Shown here one piece after another: positions 18,132-27,454 of a stretch of 64,000 nucleotides of DNA. The position numbers and the translations under genes were made by a program. The notes beneath the pieces were generated by a model that was not told where the DNA came from, did not search any database, and worked only from the letters and a program-made list of their open reading frames with translations. Source of the DNA: a virus; IMG/VR virus record IMGVR_UViG_3300046808_001035. One strand, written 5' to 3'. Each line of letters begins with the position of its first letter. The stretch's first letter is position 1.

Positions 18132-20176
18132 AGCTGGATAGTGTTGTCTACATACTCACTCAATTCGCTGTGGTGGTCGATCACAATCACCTGCTTAAAC
18201 TTACTGCTCTTACCCAGAGACTTGATAATCTCAAAGTACTTTTTGGCGTTTTCACTGTTCAAGCCATAACTACCCTCGTCAACAATCATGAACGGGAATG
18301 CGCCCACAAACATATTATGCAAAGCCAAACGTAAGCTAAACCCAACCATCACCTGCTGACCGCCAGATATATCAGGCAACTGCAGCCCTTCAGCATTAAA
18401 GATGTCTATACCGAACTGCTCATTAACTTTTGCAGTATATGGAAAGTCAAAGCTGGCGAGCACTTCGTTCATATACTCTGACACTGTGCTGCTGTATGTC
18501 TGAATCAACGCTCTAGGAAACTTACCTGTATGAAACAAGTCGTAGACCCCTTTGAGTACAGCTATATACTCTTTACGCTTTTTGTTTTCTTCGGCGTATT
18601 TATTATTATCTTGCAGCTCTTGCTTGAGAGATTTGATTTCTCTATTGTTTGCTGCAATCTCAATCTCTAGCTTTTTGGCTTCTTCTCTGGTGGCTCCGAT
18701 TTGAGTTATCTTTTCTTGGACACTAGCTTTTTCAGACTTAAACTCAGAAAGGTCTTTATCGTAGGTAGCAAGCTTTGCAATCGCAAGGTCTACCGAGTTC
18801 AGGGCTGTGTTTGCTTGGATTTTTTCTTTTTCGAGGTTGAAATGCTTATCTTCCCAGAGAGTGTATTTGTTAACTACACTAGCGCACAGCTCAAAAGCCT
18901 CAGAATCAAAAGGCGCAATATCTTTATACGCACTCAAAGATGCTTCGACCGAGGCGAGTTCTTTGTTGTACGCTTCCCAAAGACTAGCGTTGGCCACAAG
19001 GGTCTGTAGTTCCTCTGAAGCTTTTGTGAACAACTCTTTCTCTTTCTTGCCTGCAGTGATAATAGGCGCACGCTCATTTTCTAGGTGTTCGATCAACTTT
19101 ACCACATTATCTACCGCTGTGCCGCAAGTAGGACATACTCCCGCCCCTAATCCAGATTTTTCATACTCTACAATCTTTTGTTGGATTTCTTGCAAGGCTG
19201 CCCGCTTGACTTTTAACCCTGCGTCGAGGTCTGCCACCTGCTGCTTGAGCTTATCTATAGCTTCTTTTGAAGGCTCAGGGACAGTGGGAGCCGCCAGACT
19301 AGCTTTTTTCGCTTCCTGCTGCGCTCTAGTGTCATGAAAGCCTTTTGCAGCCTTTTGAGTTGCCAAACAATCTCTATACTCTTGAATGTTGATGATCTGC
19401 ATTTTGCTCTGCAAGGTATCAACTTCAGAAGACAGTCTATCTAGCTGGCTTTTATGTGCTGCACGCTCAGAAGAGAGGAGGATAAACTTGTCTTGAGCTT
19501 TTTCTACATTATCTAAGAAAGCTTGCCTGGCGATAAGTGCAGTATACTCGGCTTCGTCTACAAGAAGATGCGCTAGCGAGGCTTCACTCATAGCTACTTC
19601 CTGAGCCAAACACTGAATATCGCTAGTAATCTGAGTGGTATCTTTCAACGGATACTCTGGAGGAGCGTCTTTGATATAGCTATTCCAGATAGTGTCTCGG
19701 ATCTTGGTGGTGTTTGGCACCATAAAGATCTTTTGAAACAGTTTTTCTTTCGTGCTGTTGTCACCATTGAACAATAGTGCGATCTCGCCCTGGTTAGAGA
19801 CGATCACATTATGCACAATGTTTTTGTCGATCTGAAAAAGCCTATCCCAGATCTCGTTTACCTCACCACTCTTCTTGTATGTTTTACCATCATACATGAA
19901 GTTTACTTTAGCTGTGTCGATGTGCCTTTCGAGTACTGCTTCTTTACCATCTATAAGCATTCGACCAATTACCCAGCCGCTAGTCTCACCCACAGTAAGC
20001 ATTTCAGCTTTGGTTTTGCCGTAGCCTTCACCCGTAAACAAAAAGAGGATGGCCTCAACAATACTAGACTTGCCGCTACCGTTTCCGCCAATAATAGCTG
20101 TGACTCCCTCAGTGAAGTCAAACGAGGCGCTTCTGTGGTTTCTGAAGTTTTTAAGTACGATATTTGTCAGTTGCAT
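18128..20176 (-). CDS. Rad50/SbcC-like (gp46-like) recombination ATPase
   Basis: LKNFRNH, GGNGSGKSS, Q-loop NQGE, coiled coil with CPTCG zinc hook, ISGGQ, IVDEG, IDH. Confidence 0.92.
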   Translation of the reverse strand: MQLTNIVLKNFRNHRSASFDFTEGVTAIIGGNGSGKSSIVEAILFLFTGEGYGKTKAEMLTVGETSGWVIGRMLIDGKEAVLERHIDTAKVNFMYDGKTYKKSGEVNEIWDRLFQIDKNIVHNVIVSNQGEIALLFNGDNSTKEKLFQKIFMVPNTTKIRDTIWNSYIKDAPPEYPLKDTTQITSDIQCLAQEVAMSEASLAHLLVDEAEYTALIARQAFLDNVEKAQDKFILLSSERAAHKSQLDRLSSEVDTLQSKMQIINIQEYRDCLATQKAAKGFHDTRAQQEAKKASLAAPTVPEPSKEAIDKLKQQVADLDAGLKVKRAALQEIQQKIVEYEKSGLGAGVCPTCGTAVDNVVKLIEHLENERAPIITAGKKEKELFTKASEELQTLVANASLWEAYNKELASVEASLSAYKDIAPFDSEAFELCASVVNKYTLWEDKHFNLEKEKIQANTALNSVDLAIAKLATYDKDLSEFKSEKASVQEKITQIGATREEAKKLEIEIAANNREIKSLKQELQDNNKYAEENKKRKEYIAVLKGVYDLFHTGKFPRALIQTYSSTVSEYMNEVLASFDFPYTAKVNEQFGIDIFNAEGLQLPDISGGQQVMVGFSLRLALHNMFVGAFPFMIVDEGSYGLNSENAKKYFEIIKSLGKSSKFKQVIVIDHHSELSEYVDNTIQL

Positions 20177-20177
20177 A

Positions 20178-20780
20178 CTATAACATGTGTTTAAAGATTA
20201 ATGTCTGCAGTTTCAAGGCAACCCTTGAGATGTTGTTACATAGCCTAGCCAATGCTAACCAAAGACGTCTCCAGCCGTAAGGGGTTGCAAAGGTTTTAAA
20301 CTTGCCCCAGAAACTAGCAGCACGCCTGCGTTGCTCTTCCTCAAATTCAAGCGTACACAGAGCGTTAGATTTCATTTTTTTAGTTTCTGTGAGCTCGAGC
20401 TTATCAAGTTTGCCATATATAAATGAGGCTGAGAACTCTACCCACATATCTTCCGTTTCAGAGTAGCTCACAATATCATAGAATACGACGGTTCCATGAT
20501 ATGCTACAGGGACTAGCGTCTTGCTTTTTATTGAAACTTCCTTGTATACATTCCAAGGTTTGGGGTTAAGCGTTTTTTTCTCTTCTTCGGTATACTCGAC
20601 ATACTCACGCTCGATGTTCTCGATATAAAGGTAACCATCAGTATCAATAATATAATGGTCCAGAGAATTATCTAGGTCTTTGGTTTGAAACGCTGCACCT
20701 GTCCAATCTATATTGAGCTGAGTTAGCTCTTCTGTGAGCGGCAGAGGAGCTTTACAGGTGATGTGGTCGTACATTCCCAT
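20178..20780 (-). CDS. Conserved phage hypothetical protein
   Basis: 200 aa, MGMYD..C..PLP...FQTKDLD pattern. Confidence 0.75.
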   Translation of the reverse strand: MGMYDHITCKAPLPLTEELTQLNIDWTGAAFQTKDLDNSLDHYIIDTDGYLYIENIEREYVEYTEEEKKTLNPKPWNVYKEVSIKSKTLVPVAYHGTVVFYDIVSYSETEDMWVEFSASFIYGKLDKLELTETKKMKSNALCTLEFEEEQRRRAASFWGKFKTFATPYGWRRLWLALARLCNNISRVALKLQTLIFKHML

Positions 20781-20783
20781 AAT

Positions 20784-21065
20784 TTATTTCTTGTGTGTTA
20801 AGCCTAACATCATAGCTATTGTGTGTGCGTCTCCGGTATAGTGCCCTGGAGGCAGAAATGGTAGTTCTGAGCCAGTCCATCCACTAGGTAGATCGTCAAC
20901 GCACTTTATTTCTTCAGCCAACACATTATCAGGGAAATGTGAGATAATATTTTCTGCTCCCTGCATCATATAGTGCGTAGCGTTGTGCTCTACCGCTTGG
21001 GTTGAGCTATCGTCCTCGGCTGCCACAACGATAGCATACTCTACAGTCAGTTTATATAGTTTCAT
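20784..21065 (-). CDS. Hypothetical protein (paralog of 21698-22042)
   Basis: EIKCVDDLPSGW motif. Confidence 0.7.
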   Translation of the reverse strand: MKLYKLTVEYAIVVAAEDDSSTQAVEHNATHYMMQGAENIISHFPDNVLAEEIKCVDDLPSGWTGSELPFLPPGHYTGDAHTIAMMLGLTHKK

Positions 21066-21070
21066 TCTTC

Positions 21071-21394
21071 TTAGTCGGCGTTAAACACCTCTATGTCTTC
21101 TGAAGTTGTAACTTCAGTTGTTTTGACTATTTTATAATCAAATCTGTAGTAAATTGAGCCTGCTAGCGTACTATCTTGATTTAGTCGGATATTAGCCGCG
21201 TCTCTGTCTTTAAACCTAGCTATACGTGCTGCAGCCAAGTTTTTAGCGTGTTCCTCTTCATATTTTCCACGATCACCACAGCTATATTTAGCTTTGCTAA
21301 CTTCCCACCAATAGCTGTATGCGTTAGAGGGGAGGTCAGGGTGAGGTGAGCGCCTCTGAAGTATTTGTATGTATGTGTTAGTGTGTGTCTGCAT
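21071..21394 (-). CDS. Hypothetical protein
   Basis: 107-aa ORF in tight array. Confidence 0.7.
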   Translation of the reverse strand: MQTHTNTYIQILQRRSPHPDLPSNAYSYWWEVSKAKYSCGDRGKYEEEHAKNLAAARIARFKDRDAANIRLNQDSTLAGSIYYRFDYKIVKTTEVTTSEDIEVFNAD

Positions 21395-21695
21395 TTTTCA
21401 ATAAATCTAAAAAGTCTGCGGGTTCAGCCATAACCAATACAGTAAACTGCTCAAAAACAGCTTCATTCTCCTCTAGTGCGTTTTCAGGGTCTTGCTGTAG
21501 TGTTAATGTTGCACTTTCAGATTCAAGCTTAGCGGAATCGTAGGAGTAATACTCAAGCTCTCCCTCAACATTCTGTAGTGTGAAGAAATTATCGTAAGAA
21601 AGAGATTTTTCAAACAGCATTAGACTACCATAGTCATCTACAAAGCCATAAGCGTTCTCAAGTAACGCTTCGAGTTGTGCTTTGGTCAAATCCAT
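21378..21695 (-). CDS. Acidic hypothetical protein
   Basis: 105-aa ORF rich in D/E. Confidence 0.7.
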   Translation of the reverse strand: MDLTKAQLEALLENAYGFVDDYGSLMLFEKSLSYDNFFTLQNVEGELEYYSYDSAKLESESATLTLQQDPENALEENEAVFEQFTVLVMAEPADFLDLLKNADTH

Positions 21696-21697
21696 AG

Positions 21698-22042
21698 TTA
21701 TTTATTGATTAATTGCTTTAGGTTTTCGACTTCTCGCTCTAGTTCAGCGATTCTTTCTTCGGCTGTTTTAGGTGCTTCAATATTTTCTAGCAATTCTTCG
21801 AGTGTATAATTGGCCCAAGGGTCACTAGTGTATAACTTGTTAGCGGCTGCAGGACAGCTGTACGGTCCCCAGCCTCTAGGTAAATCACTTAAACAATGTA
21901 TTTCTGTAACATCACTAGACTCATCGAATTGCCAAATATCTGACGGATGCGTTAGGTAATGCGTCAAGTCATCTATACTTTCCGCCAGTACTACCGCAGT
22001 AGCATTAATTTTGAATAATTTTTGTTTTTTGCTTTGGCTCAT
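21698..22042 (-). CDS. Hypothetical protein (paralog of 20784-21065)
   Basis: EIHCLSDLPRGW motif, C-terminal coiled coil. Confidence 0.7.
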   Translation of the reverse strand: MSQSKKQKLFKINATAVVLAESIDDLTHYLTHPSDIWQFDESSDVTEIHCLSDLPRGWGPYSCPAAANKLYTSDPWANYTLEELLENIEAPKTAEERIAELEREVENLKQLINK

Positions 22043-22305
22043 ACGTCTGCGTAAGTTGAGTTATGTGTGACTTTAACAAGCTTATATTCTTTTCTGTTAA
22101 GATTTCGTTCGTCTTGTTGTTTTTTCTCTAATCTGCGCTGCGCTGCGTGCATTGCCTGTTCCTCATCTGCGTATATTTCTTCTGGACCGTACTGATATTT
22201 AATGAACGGACGAACAGGATACCAAACCCCCCACTCGTTAAATACATCTAAAAAATTTCTAGTGTAAACTGTAAAATAATTTTTTTCTGTTTGTGCGAAT
22301 ATCAT
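22039..22305 (-). CDS. Hypothetical protein
   Basis: 88-aa ORF with ATGA overlaps. Confidence 0.7.
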   Translation of the reverse strand: MIFAQTEKNYFTVYTRNFLDVFNEWGVWYPVRPFIKYQYGPEEIYADEEQAMHAAQRRLEKKQQDERNLNRKEYKLVKVTHNSTYADV

Positions 22306-23225
22306 AGCGATTGAAACGATTTTTCTTTCATCTTGAACTCAAAGTCCAAGTCTACTTGCTGTCCGTATGTATCTGGTAATGCTGAAGCATAGTCTGCATG
22401 TTTCCTAGGGTTTTTATCCCCAGGAATACTTTCACTGTAATGAAACAATGGGATATGTGGTTTAGTTCTCCAAGAGTCGTGAGCCAGTAGAAAAGCCTGC
22501 GCTTCCTGTGAGAAATACCCTGTACCTGGGTGGCACTTGTGATGCAGATAATCGAATGTGATAGGGATCTCTGGCTGATCAAAATGATCGTATAACTGCT
22601 GTACCGTCCAGCCTGCACTCTTGTCGTCGTTCTCGAGAACAAGTCTGCTCTTCACGTCACTAGATAGCTTTTCAAAGTTCGTATAGAACAAATCTCTCAC
22701 ACGCTTACGAGCATAGTCAGACTGAGCGCTTCTGTTAACATGAATATTGATGGGTGCTTCGTAAGAATGAGGGCAACCTATCCTACTCATAACCCAGCCG
22801 TGAAAGTCTAGTTCACGAATGGTGCGCGTTACTGCATCCTCGTTATCACTAGCTAGTACATTGAATTGGTCAGGATGACTACTCAGCCTGACATTGTACT
22901 TTTCCCTCATCACTTGAATATCTATAAGTTTATCTTGAATATAAGCTAGGTTAGGAAATTCAGCGAACGTAATATTTGCTTTGTCGTATGTGACTAGAGG
23001 AAAAATATTACTACTCAACCTGTAGTTGTATCCTCCAATCCCGCAATACTCGATGGCTTTTTCCGTGACACATAAGTTGTGTAGAATAATTTCTCCAAGC
23101 TTAAATACAGCTTCTTCTCTCGGTAGAGAGCTGAAGCGCTTATAGGTCATTGTTCTAAACTTACAGAACGGGTCAGTGTCTTCTAGCGACAATACAATAC
23201 AACAAACACCTTTATTGCGGATCAT
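22302..23225 (-). CDS. uvsE: UV damage endonuclease (UvsE/UVDE family)
   Basis: YRLSSNIFP, RLSSHPDQFNVL, INIHV, RLVLENDD, FDYLHH, FHYSE, HADY, EFKMKE. Confidence 0.92.
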   Translation of the reverse strand: MIRNKGVCCIVLSLEDTDPFCKFRTMTYKRFSSLPREEAVFKLGEIILHNLCVTEKAIEYCGIGGYNYRLSSNIFPLVTYDKANITFAEFPNLAYIQDKLIDIQVMREKYNVRLSSHPDQFNVLASDNEDAVTRTIRELDFHGWVMSRIGCPHSYEAPINIHVNRSAQSDYARKRVRDLFYTNFEKLSSDVKSRLVLENDDKSAGWTVQQLYDHFDQPEIPITFDYLHHKCHPGTGYFSQEAQAFLLAHDSWRTKPHIPLFHYSESIPGDKNPRKHADYASALPDTYGQQVDLDFEFKMKEKSFQSL

Positions 23226-23439
23226 TTGAAATTATCAATGTTTCTCTATTTTCTTTAATTACAACTCTGAAATACCTGGCAGCAAGGAACTCTTGCATAT
23301 CTTCTCCGAGCATACGGTGATACTGTCTCACCGCATCCTCCTTGCAGTCAAACAGCATATAATCACGCCAAGAGCTATTCTTTCGTTTAGTCTTGGTTTG
23401 TAGAATAAACTGACAACTGAAATCTGGCTGTGTAGACAT
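23212..23439 (-). CDS. Hypothetical protein
   Basis: 75-aa ORF in tight array. Confidence 0.65.
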   Translation of the reverse strand: MSTQPDFSCQFILQTKTKRKNSSWRDYMLFDCKEDAVRQYHRMLGEDMQEFLAARYFRVVIKENRETLIISNDPQ

Positions 23440-23443
23440 AGAA

Positions 23444-23710
23444 TTATTTTGTCTTCCTAAGCTCGTTTACACGCTCTTCATGTGTCTTTTTTGATATAAC
23501 AGGTTCAAAGTCGTCATCTTCCGAATAATTGTAGCCTGCAAGCTTGCACGCCTTTTCAATATCTACCTGGCAGAGGCAATTTTCAGGTATCAGTTGGTTA
23601 TAAGCGTTATCTACAGGCAGTTCATTTACAGGTATGTTGAGCATATCTGCGAACTCGTATGGAGTGCCTGCATAGTCTCCAGTATCTTTGTTGAATACTT
23701 GAATACACAT
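23444..23710 (-). CDS. Hypothetical protein
   Basis: 88-aa ORF with CLC motif. Confidence 0.65.
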   Translation of the reverse strand: MCIQVFNKDTGDYAGTPYEFADMLNIPVNELPVDNAYNQLIPENCLCQVDIEKACKLAGYNYSEDDDFEPVISKKTHEERVNELRKTK

Positions 23711-23718
23711 ACTATGCG

Positions 23719-23943
23719 CTACTCACAGGTTTTATCTTCATCGCTATGTTCTCGATAGTACTCTTCTTCCCAATCCAGGGATTCGTCATGGGCACTACAG
23801 AGTTTAACTCTATTTTTATGGTCTCTGTTGTTTTTACAATGGGGACAGCCTCCATTAGGACGGCAGGTACGATCAAATTGACCAGCCCCATAATAGGGCT
23901 TACGATGTTCTTTTCCATGGTTAATTGCTTTGTCTAGACTCAT
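23719..23943 (-). CDS. Small Cys/His phage protein (possible zinc finger)
   Basis: MSLDKAI.HGKEHRKPY...DRTCR.NGGCPHC pattern. Confidence 0.7.
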   Translation of the reverse strand: MSLDKAINHGKEHRKPYYGAGQFDRTCRPNGGCPHCKNNRDHKNRVKLCSAHDESLDWEEEYYREHSDEDKTCE

Positions 23944-25024
23944 AGACTGTCGCTTTGAATTGATCTAGGATTGTTTTGGTTTCGGGTGACGTTAAGAGAC
24001 TGTACGCCAGAGCATACACAGTGTCTCCATACTCAATACCGTGAGTGAGGTCCTTCAATACTCCACTAATACGATCAGCTGTCTTTAGCTCAGAGCGGAT
24101 ATTCACCATCTCTTCCGCGCCTTCGTCAGTTTTCTTCACTTTGCTTGTACGAACAAAACCTATGTCGTATAAGAAATTGAGTTTGTTACCTACATCTACA
24201 CCGTCATGTAGTTTTACAACAAATACAGGCCGAGCTGGCCCTAGTTTGTATGCTGCATACCTTGCAGACTGGGTTAATTCTTCAAGGTTGTCAGGGAACA
24301 CATCAACAACAACATACTGCCTTGGTAGGTCGTATGGAATAGTTTTTAGCTTTTCACCATCAAAGTAGTATAATCCTTCTTTTTCTGTCTCGTTGGTTGC
24401 AGTAACCCCAAGACTGCCACAATAACCCATAAACAACTCTTTCTCACAATCTGGGCTATGAAATCTAGCCTGGCGTCTGATGTGAATATCTCCAAGAAAG
24501 ATTCCACGAAGGCTGGCACACTGATTAGAGAAATCTAGGTCTTTTAAACTTACTGTTTTTTTCTCTTCACAGAAGGGCCAAAGCTCAGGAATCTGCTGGT
24601 GCATAAATAAACACAAAACAGAGTCTTTTGGTTTTTTGTTCAATTCGTGGTTAATTAGCGTGATTATATCGCTAGGGTTGTCGCTATAATCTACACCCAC
24701 AAACTCAGGAACATCATTGATCGGTTTGAACCCACAAACTGTTTCCCATGTAGAACCGTTGATGGGTTTGCTGTGATCTCCAGCCAAGGCCACAGGGATT
24801 GTTACTCCTTCTAAGCGTTTAAGTTGCTTAGTTACAAAGTTGATTGTATCACTACTAGGTTTATTGTGATCGAACAAGTCACCCACGCTAACAAGGTAGT
24901 CAACTTTAAGTTCTAGAGCTTTATCAATAACCATCTCAAACAAGTCCCTGAGGTCTTGCTCAAGCTCAGGGATATTGAACAATTTCTTTTCGAGATGCTG
25001 GTCACTAAATGCTATGAATGTCAT
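23921..25024 (-). CDS. Mre11/SbcD-like (gp47-like) metallophosphoesterase nuclease
   Basis: SDQH, VGDLFD, AGDH, MHQ, LGDIH, YCGS motifs; partner Rad50-like gene downstream. Confidence 0.88.
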   Translation of the reverse strand: MTFIAFSDQHLEKKLFNIPELEQDLRDLFEMVIDKALELKVDYLVSVGDLFDHNKPSSDTINFVTKQLKRLEGVTIPVALAGDHSKPINGSTWETVCGFKPINDVPEFVGVDYSDNPSDIITLINHELNKKPKDSVLCLFMHQQIPELWPFCEEKKTVSLKDLDFSNQCASLRGIFLGDIHIRRQARFHSPDCEKELFMGYCGSLGVTATNETEKEGLYYFDGEKLKTIPYDLPRQYVVVDVFPDNLEELTQSARYAAYKLGPARPVFVVKLHDGVDVGNKLNFLYDIGFVRTSKVKKTDEGAEEMVNIRSELKTADRISGVLKDLTHGIEYGDTVYALAYSLLTSPETKTILDQFKATVYESRQSN

Positions 25025-25040
25025 ATTTAATTAGGTTTAG

Positions 25041-25358
25041 TTATTTACAAATTTCAGGAATCTCAGGACATACCATAAGATTCCACCACTCAGAACCATC
25101 ATACTCTGCGCGAGACAGCCAAGTACCATCGTTAAACCATACATTACCGAATAGCTCTTGCGTGCCGTATCCGTGGGAGTAAGTAAAATCTAGAGCGGCT
25201 AGAAACCGCTCAAAGTCTTCAGTAGAATACCCTTCCTTCAAAACAACTTCGTGCGCTTTTTCATCATCTGAATCAAATTTATAGATATAGGCGCACTTGA
25301 CACTGTCTAGTTTTTTATCGAGCTTTAATGTCTCGAGTAATTCTTCTTTTGCGTTCAT
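25041..25358 (-). CDS. Conserved phage hypothetical protein
   Basis: Y..GYG.QELFG.VWF.DGTWL.R.EYDGSEWW pattern. Confidence 0.75.
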   Translation of the reverse strand: MNAKEELLETLKLDKKLDSVKCAYIYKFDSDDEKAHEVVLKEGYSTEDFERFLAALDFTYSHGYGTQELFGNVWFNDGTWLSRAEYDGSEWWNLMVCPEIPEICK

Positions 25359-25906
25359 AGTTCAAACGAGGTGATAATTCCTTTTTCGCTTTGTTGCTTT
25401 TTCCAGTCTAGTACCGGAGTCATGATATTTTTACCTAGTCTAGCGCTAGCTAGTCTAAGAATACGTAGGTTAGGCCACGCACCAGGATTTACTCTAACTA
25501 TCTCAGACAAGGCCTCCTCGACTGTTTTACCCTGCATCACCCAAGCAATAATTCCTACAGCAGAGCTGCGGCTTATCCCAGCGAAGCAGTTAATACCAAG
25601 ATGATAAGGTGCGCTATCCCTGACATAATTATCCAAAAAACTAATGATGTTGTTAATATGCCTTTCTTGAGGACCCTCAAGAACCATTCTTTCTTGGATA
25701 TACGCCTCAGCGTCTTCATCGCTCCAATCTCTAAAGAATTGATAGTGGTGCTTTACTTTATGCTTTGCAAATCTTGTGTTTATTTTTTTAACTGCAGTTT
25801 CATCTTCTGGGTCTATTACGGTAATCCATAGATTTTGCTTTAGGTCTTTCTGATAAGGTTTATGCTTGGCTTCAGCAAAACTTGTAATAATAATTGATTC
25901 AATCAT
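25355..25906 (-). CDS. Cys-dependent protein tyrosine/dual-specificity phosphatase-like protein
   Basis: Intact CX5R P-loop NCFAGISRSSA, upstream F.D, downstream WPN. Confidence 0.85.
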   Translation of the reverse strand: MIESIIITSFAEAKHKPYQKDLKQNLWITVIDPEDETAVKKINTRFAKHKVKHHYQFFRDWSDEDAEAYIQERMVLEGPQERHINNIISFLDNYVRDSAPYHLGINCFAGISRSSAVGIIAWVMQGKTVEEALSEIVRVNPGAWPNLRILRLASARLGKNIMTPVLDWKKQQSEKGIITSFEL

Positions 25907-26280
25907 ATTTGTAACTTTCTATGCTCTATTTGCTCTGGGGCTTCTTTCTCTCGTTCTCGAGATGAAAAGCTGGGTAGCGTTATGTTTTTTCCGTCAGCTA
26001 CAGGTGTATACCCTTCGAGTAGCCTGTAGATAACTTCTTGTTCAAAAGCCTGCTCAGCCTGTAATCGTTCATCAAAGCTGCGCGAGTACTGAGCTACAGC
26101 TTCACTATTCAAGTAGTGAGTAACAATTAGCCTATAATTAAAAGGCGACTTGCTAGACTCAAATACAAAAAAAGTTATAACTGCCTCAACGTGCGCTCCG
26201 CTCAAGTCTACGCCTCCTGTGCTTAAGATTTCCGCTCTTAGTGCAGTAGCCAGATCTTGCTCTATTGTTGAGATACGCAT
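25903..26280 (-). CDS. Hypothetical protein (weak WGR-domain-like C-terminal helix + GY)
   Basis: 125 aa; F....AEQAF....RLLEGY pattern. Confidence 0.55.
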   Translation of the reverse strand: MRISTIEQDLATALRAEILSTGGVDLSGAHVEAVITFFVFESSKSPFNYRLIVTHYLNSEAVAQYSRSFDERLQAEQAFEQEVIYRLLEGYTPVADGKNITLPSFSSREREKEAPEQIEHRKLQI

Positions 26281-26322
26281 AAAATAAGCCCTCTACAAGA
26301 GGTTGTATTCTTGTAGAGGGCT
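26281..26322 (-). terminator. Rho-independent terminator
   Basis: 14-bp inverted repeat AGCCCTCTACAAGA/TCTTGTAGAGGGCT followed by TATTTT on the minus strand. Confidence 0.75.
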
Positions 26323-26333
26323 GTAATGTTGTT

Positions 26334-26588
26334 CTAAACGAGGAAGGACTCTTCTATCTTATTGTTTAGATATTGTCTCTCGGCTTCAATCACTGAACCG
26401 CGAACAGGATCTTTAGCGATTATTTTTCCTTGTAGGTCTGTAGCCACCCATAGTTGCTCGGCATGATCAAACTCAATGTTAGATACTCGTTCAACATGCT
26501 TAGGACCTAGCGAGCTCAAACGGTCGATGTTATCGTCAGCTAGTCCTAGTAAGTTGCCTTCTTTGTCGATATAGATGACAGAGCGCAT
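26334..26588 (-). CDS. Hypothetical protein (last gene of AAA module)
   Basis: 84 aa, L..LG...V.R.S.IE......W.A pattern. Confidence 0.7.
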   Translation of the reverse strand: MRSVIYIDKEGNLLGLADDNIDRLSSLGPKHVERVSNIEFDHAEQLWVATDLQGKIIAKDPVRGSVIEAERQYLNNKIEESFLV

Positions 26589-26788
26589 CAGTGATTTAAT
26601 TTTTCTTGAGCTGAGATACCGATAGGCTCTTCGTATTCTTCGGTAAGCTCTCTAGACGACTCGTCAGCTTTACCTAATCTAGACTCAATAAATTTAGTAG
26701 CGTCAAGGCATGAAGAGCCATAACCTTCAACCTTAGAGATTGTGACGTTACCTTCTGGATTGATATTGAATACTATTTGTTTAGACAT
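26588..26788 (-). CDS. DUF2997-like small protein
   Basis: From MSKQIVFNINPEGNVT...G..G.SC...T..IE..LG...T.EY. Confidence 0.75.
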   Translation of the reverse strand: MSKQIVFNINPEGNVTISKVEGYGSSCLDATKFIESRLGKADESSRELTEEYEEPIGISAQEKLNH

Positions 26789-27062
26789 ATTGAACAGAAT
26801 CTTTAACCACACGCCCAAGCTTATCAAAGGCTACGCTGATGTGTACTGTGTGTTTTTTCTCGGTAGGGCAGCGAACAACGTATGTGGCTGTAGCGAACGC
26901 TCGGTTTTCAGCTTCTTCATCGAACTGAATATGATGATAGGGTACATGTAGATCGAAGTCTACTGGACGTTCTCCAGCTGGGGCTAGAGACTCGTTATAG
27001 AGATACTCTTTCAGGGACCTGGCGAATTTTGGTTTTAGTGCTTCAAATTTTTCAATGTTCAT
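26781..27062 (-). CDS. Hypothetical protein
   Basis: 93-aa ORF. Confidence 0.65.
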   Translation of the reverse strand: MNIEKFEALKPKFARSLKEYLYNESLAPAGERPVDFDLHVPYHHIQFDEEAENRAFATATYVVRCPTEKKHTVHISVAFDKLGRVVKDSVQYV

Positions 27063-27064
27063 AT

Positions 27065-27454
27065 TTATTTTCCTGCGGTTACTACCATTTCTCCATTTTG
27101 CAAGGTTTCAACTTTATACTCCATATCTTCTTCACGGAAAAACTTCTTGAGCTCAGACAAAGCATAGCCTTGCTTGATGTTCTTGAGGTTATCTCCAAGC
27201 TGCTGCTGGATGCTATGATCGAAAAAGTCACACACAAAATATGCGCAACCTTCTGAGTCTACATCTATACCAATATCATACCCAGTACTCTTTGGGTTCT
27301 TAGCTACATACTTATGCACCTCTTCTCTTCTAGGGTCTGAGGGATATGTGCGGCATTTAGCGTCGTTGACTATTACCCACCCTGCTTGCTCGAATTGAGC
27401 AAGCAGGTTTTTGATGTTCTTGAACTGTGTTTTGATGTTTACGCTGTGGCTCAT
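27065..27454 (-). CDS. DUF1257/Ycf35-like protein
   Basis: MSH...IKTQ, YDIG, L.Q.YA pattern; context with AAA and DUF2997-like genes. Confidence 0.75.
   Translation of the reverse strand: MSHSVNIKTQFKNIKNLLAQFEQAGWVIVNDAKCRTYPSDPRREEVHKYVAKNPKSTGYDIGIDVDSEGCAYFVCDFFDHSIQQQLGDNLKNIKQGYALSELKKFFREEDMEYKVETLQNGEMVVTAGK

Noticed and set aside
18701-19337. Long plus-strand ORFs opposite the Rad50-like gene (and similar antisense ORFs throughout)
   Set aside because: Shadow frames of strongly supported minus-strand genes, with no motifs.
23712-23918. 68-aa minus-strand ORF
   Set aside because: Alternative frame overlapping the more protein-like 23719-23943 ORF.
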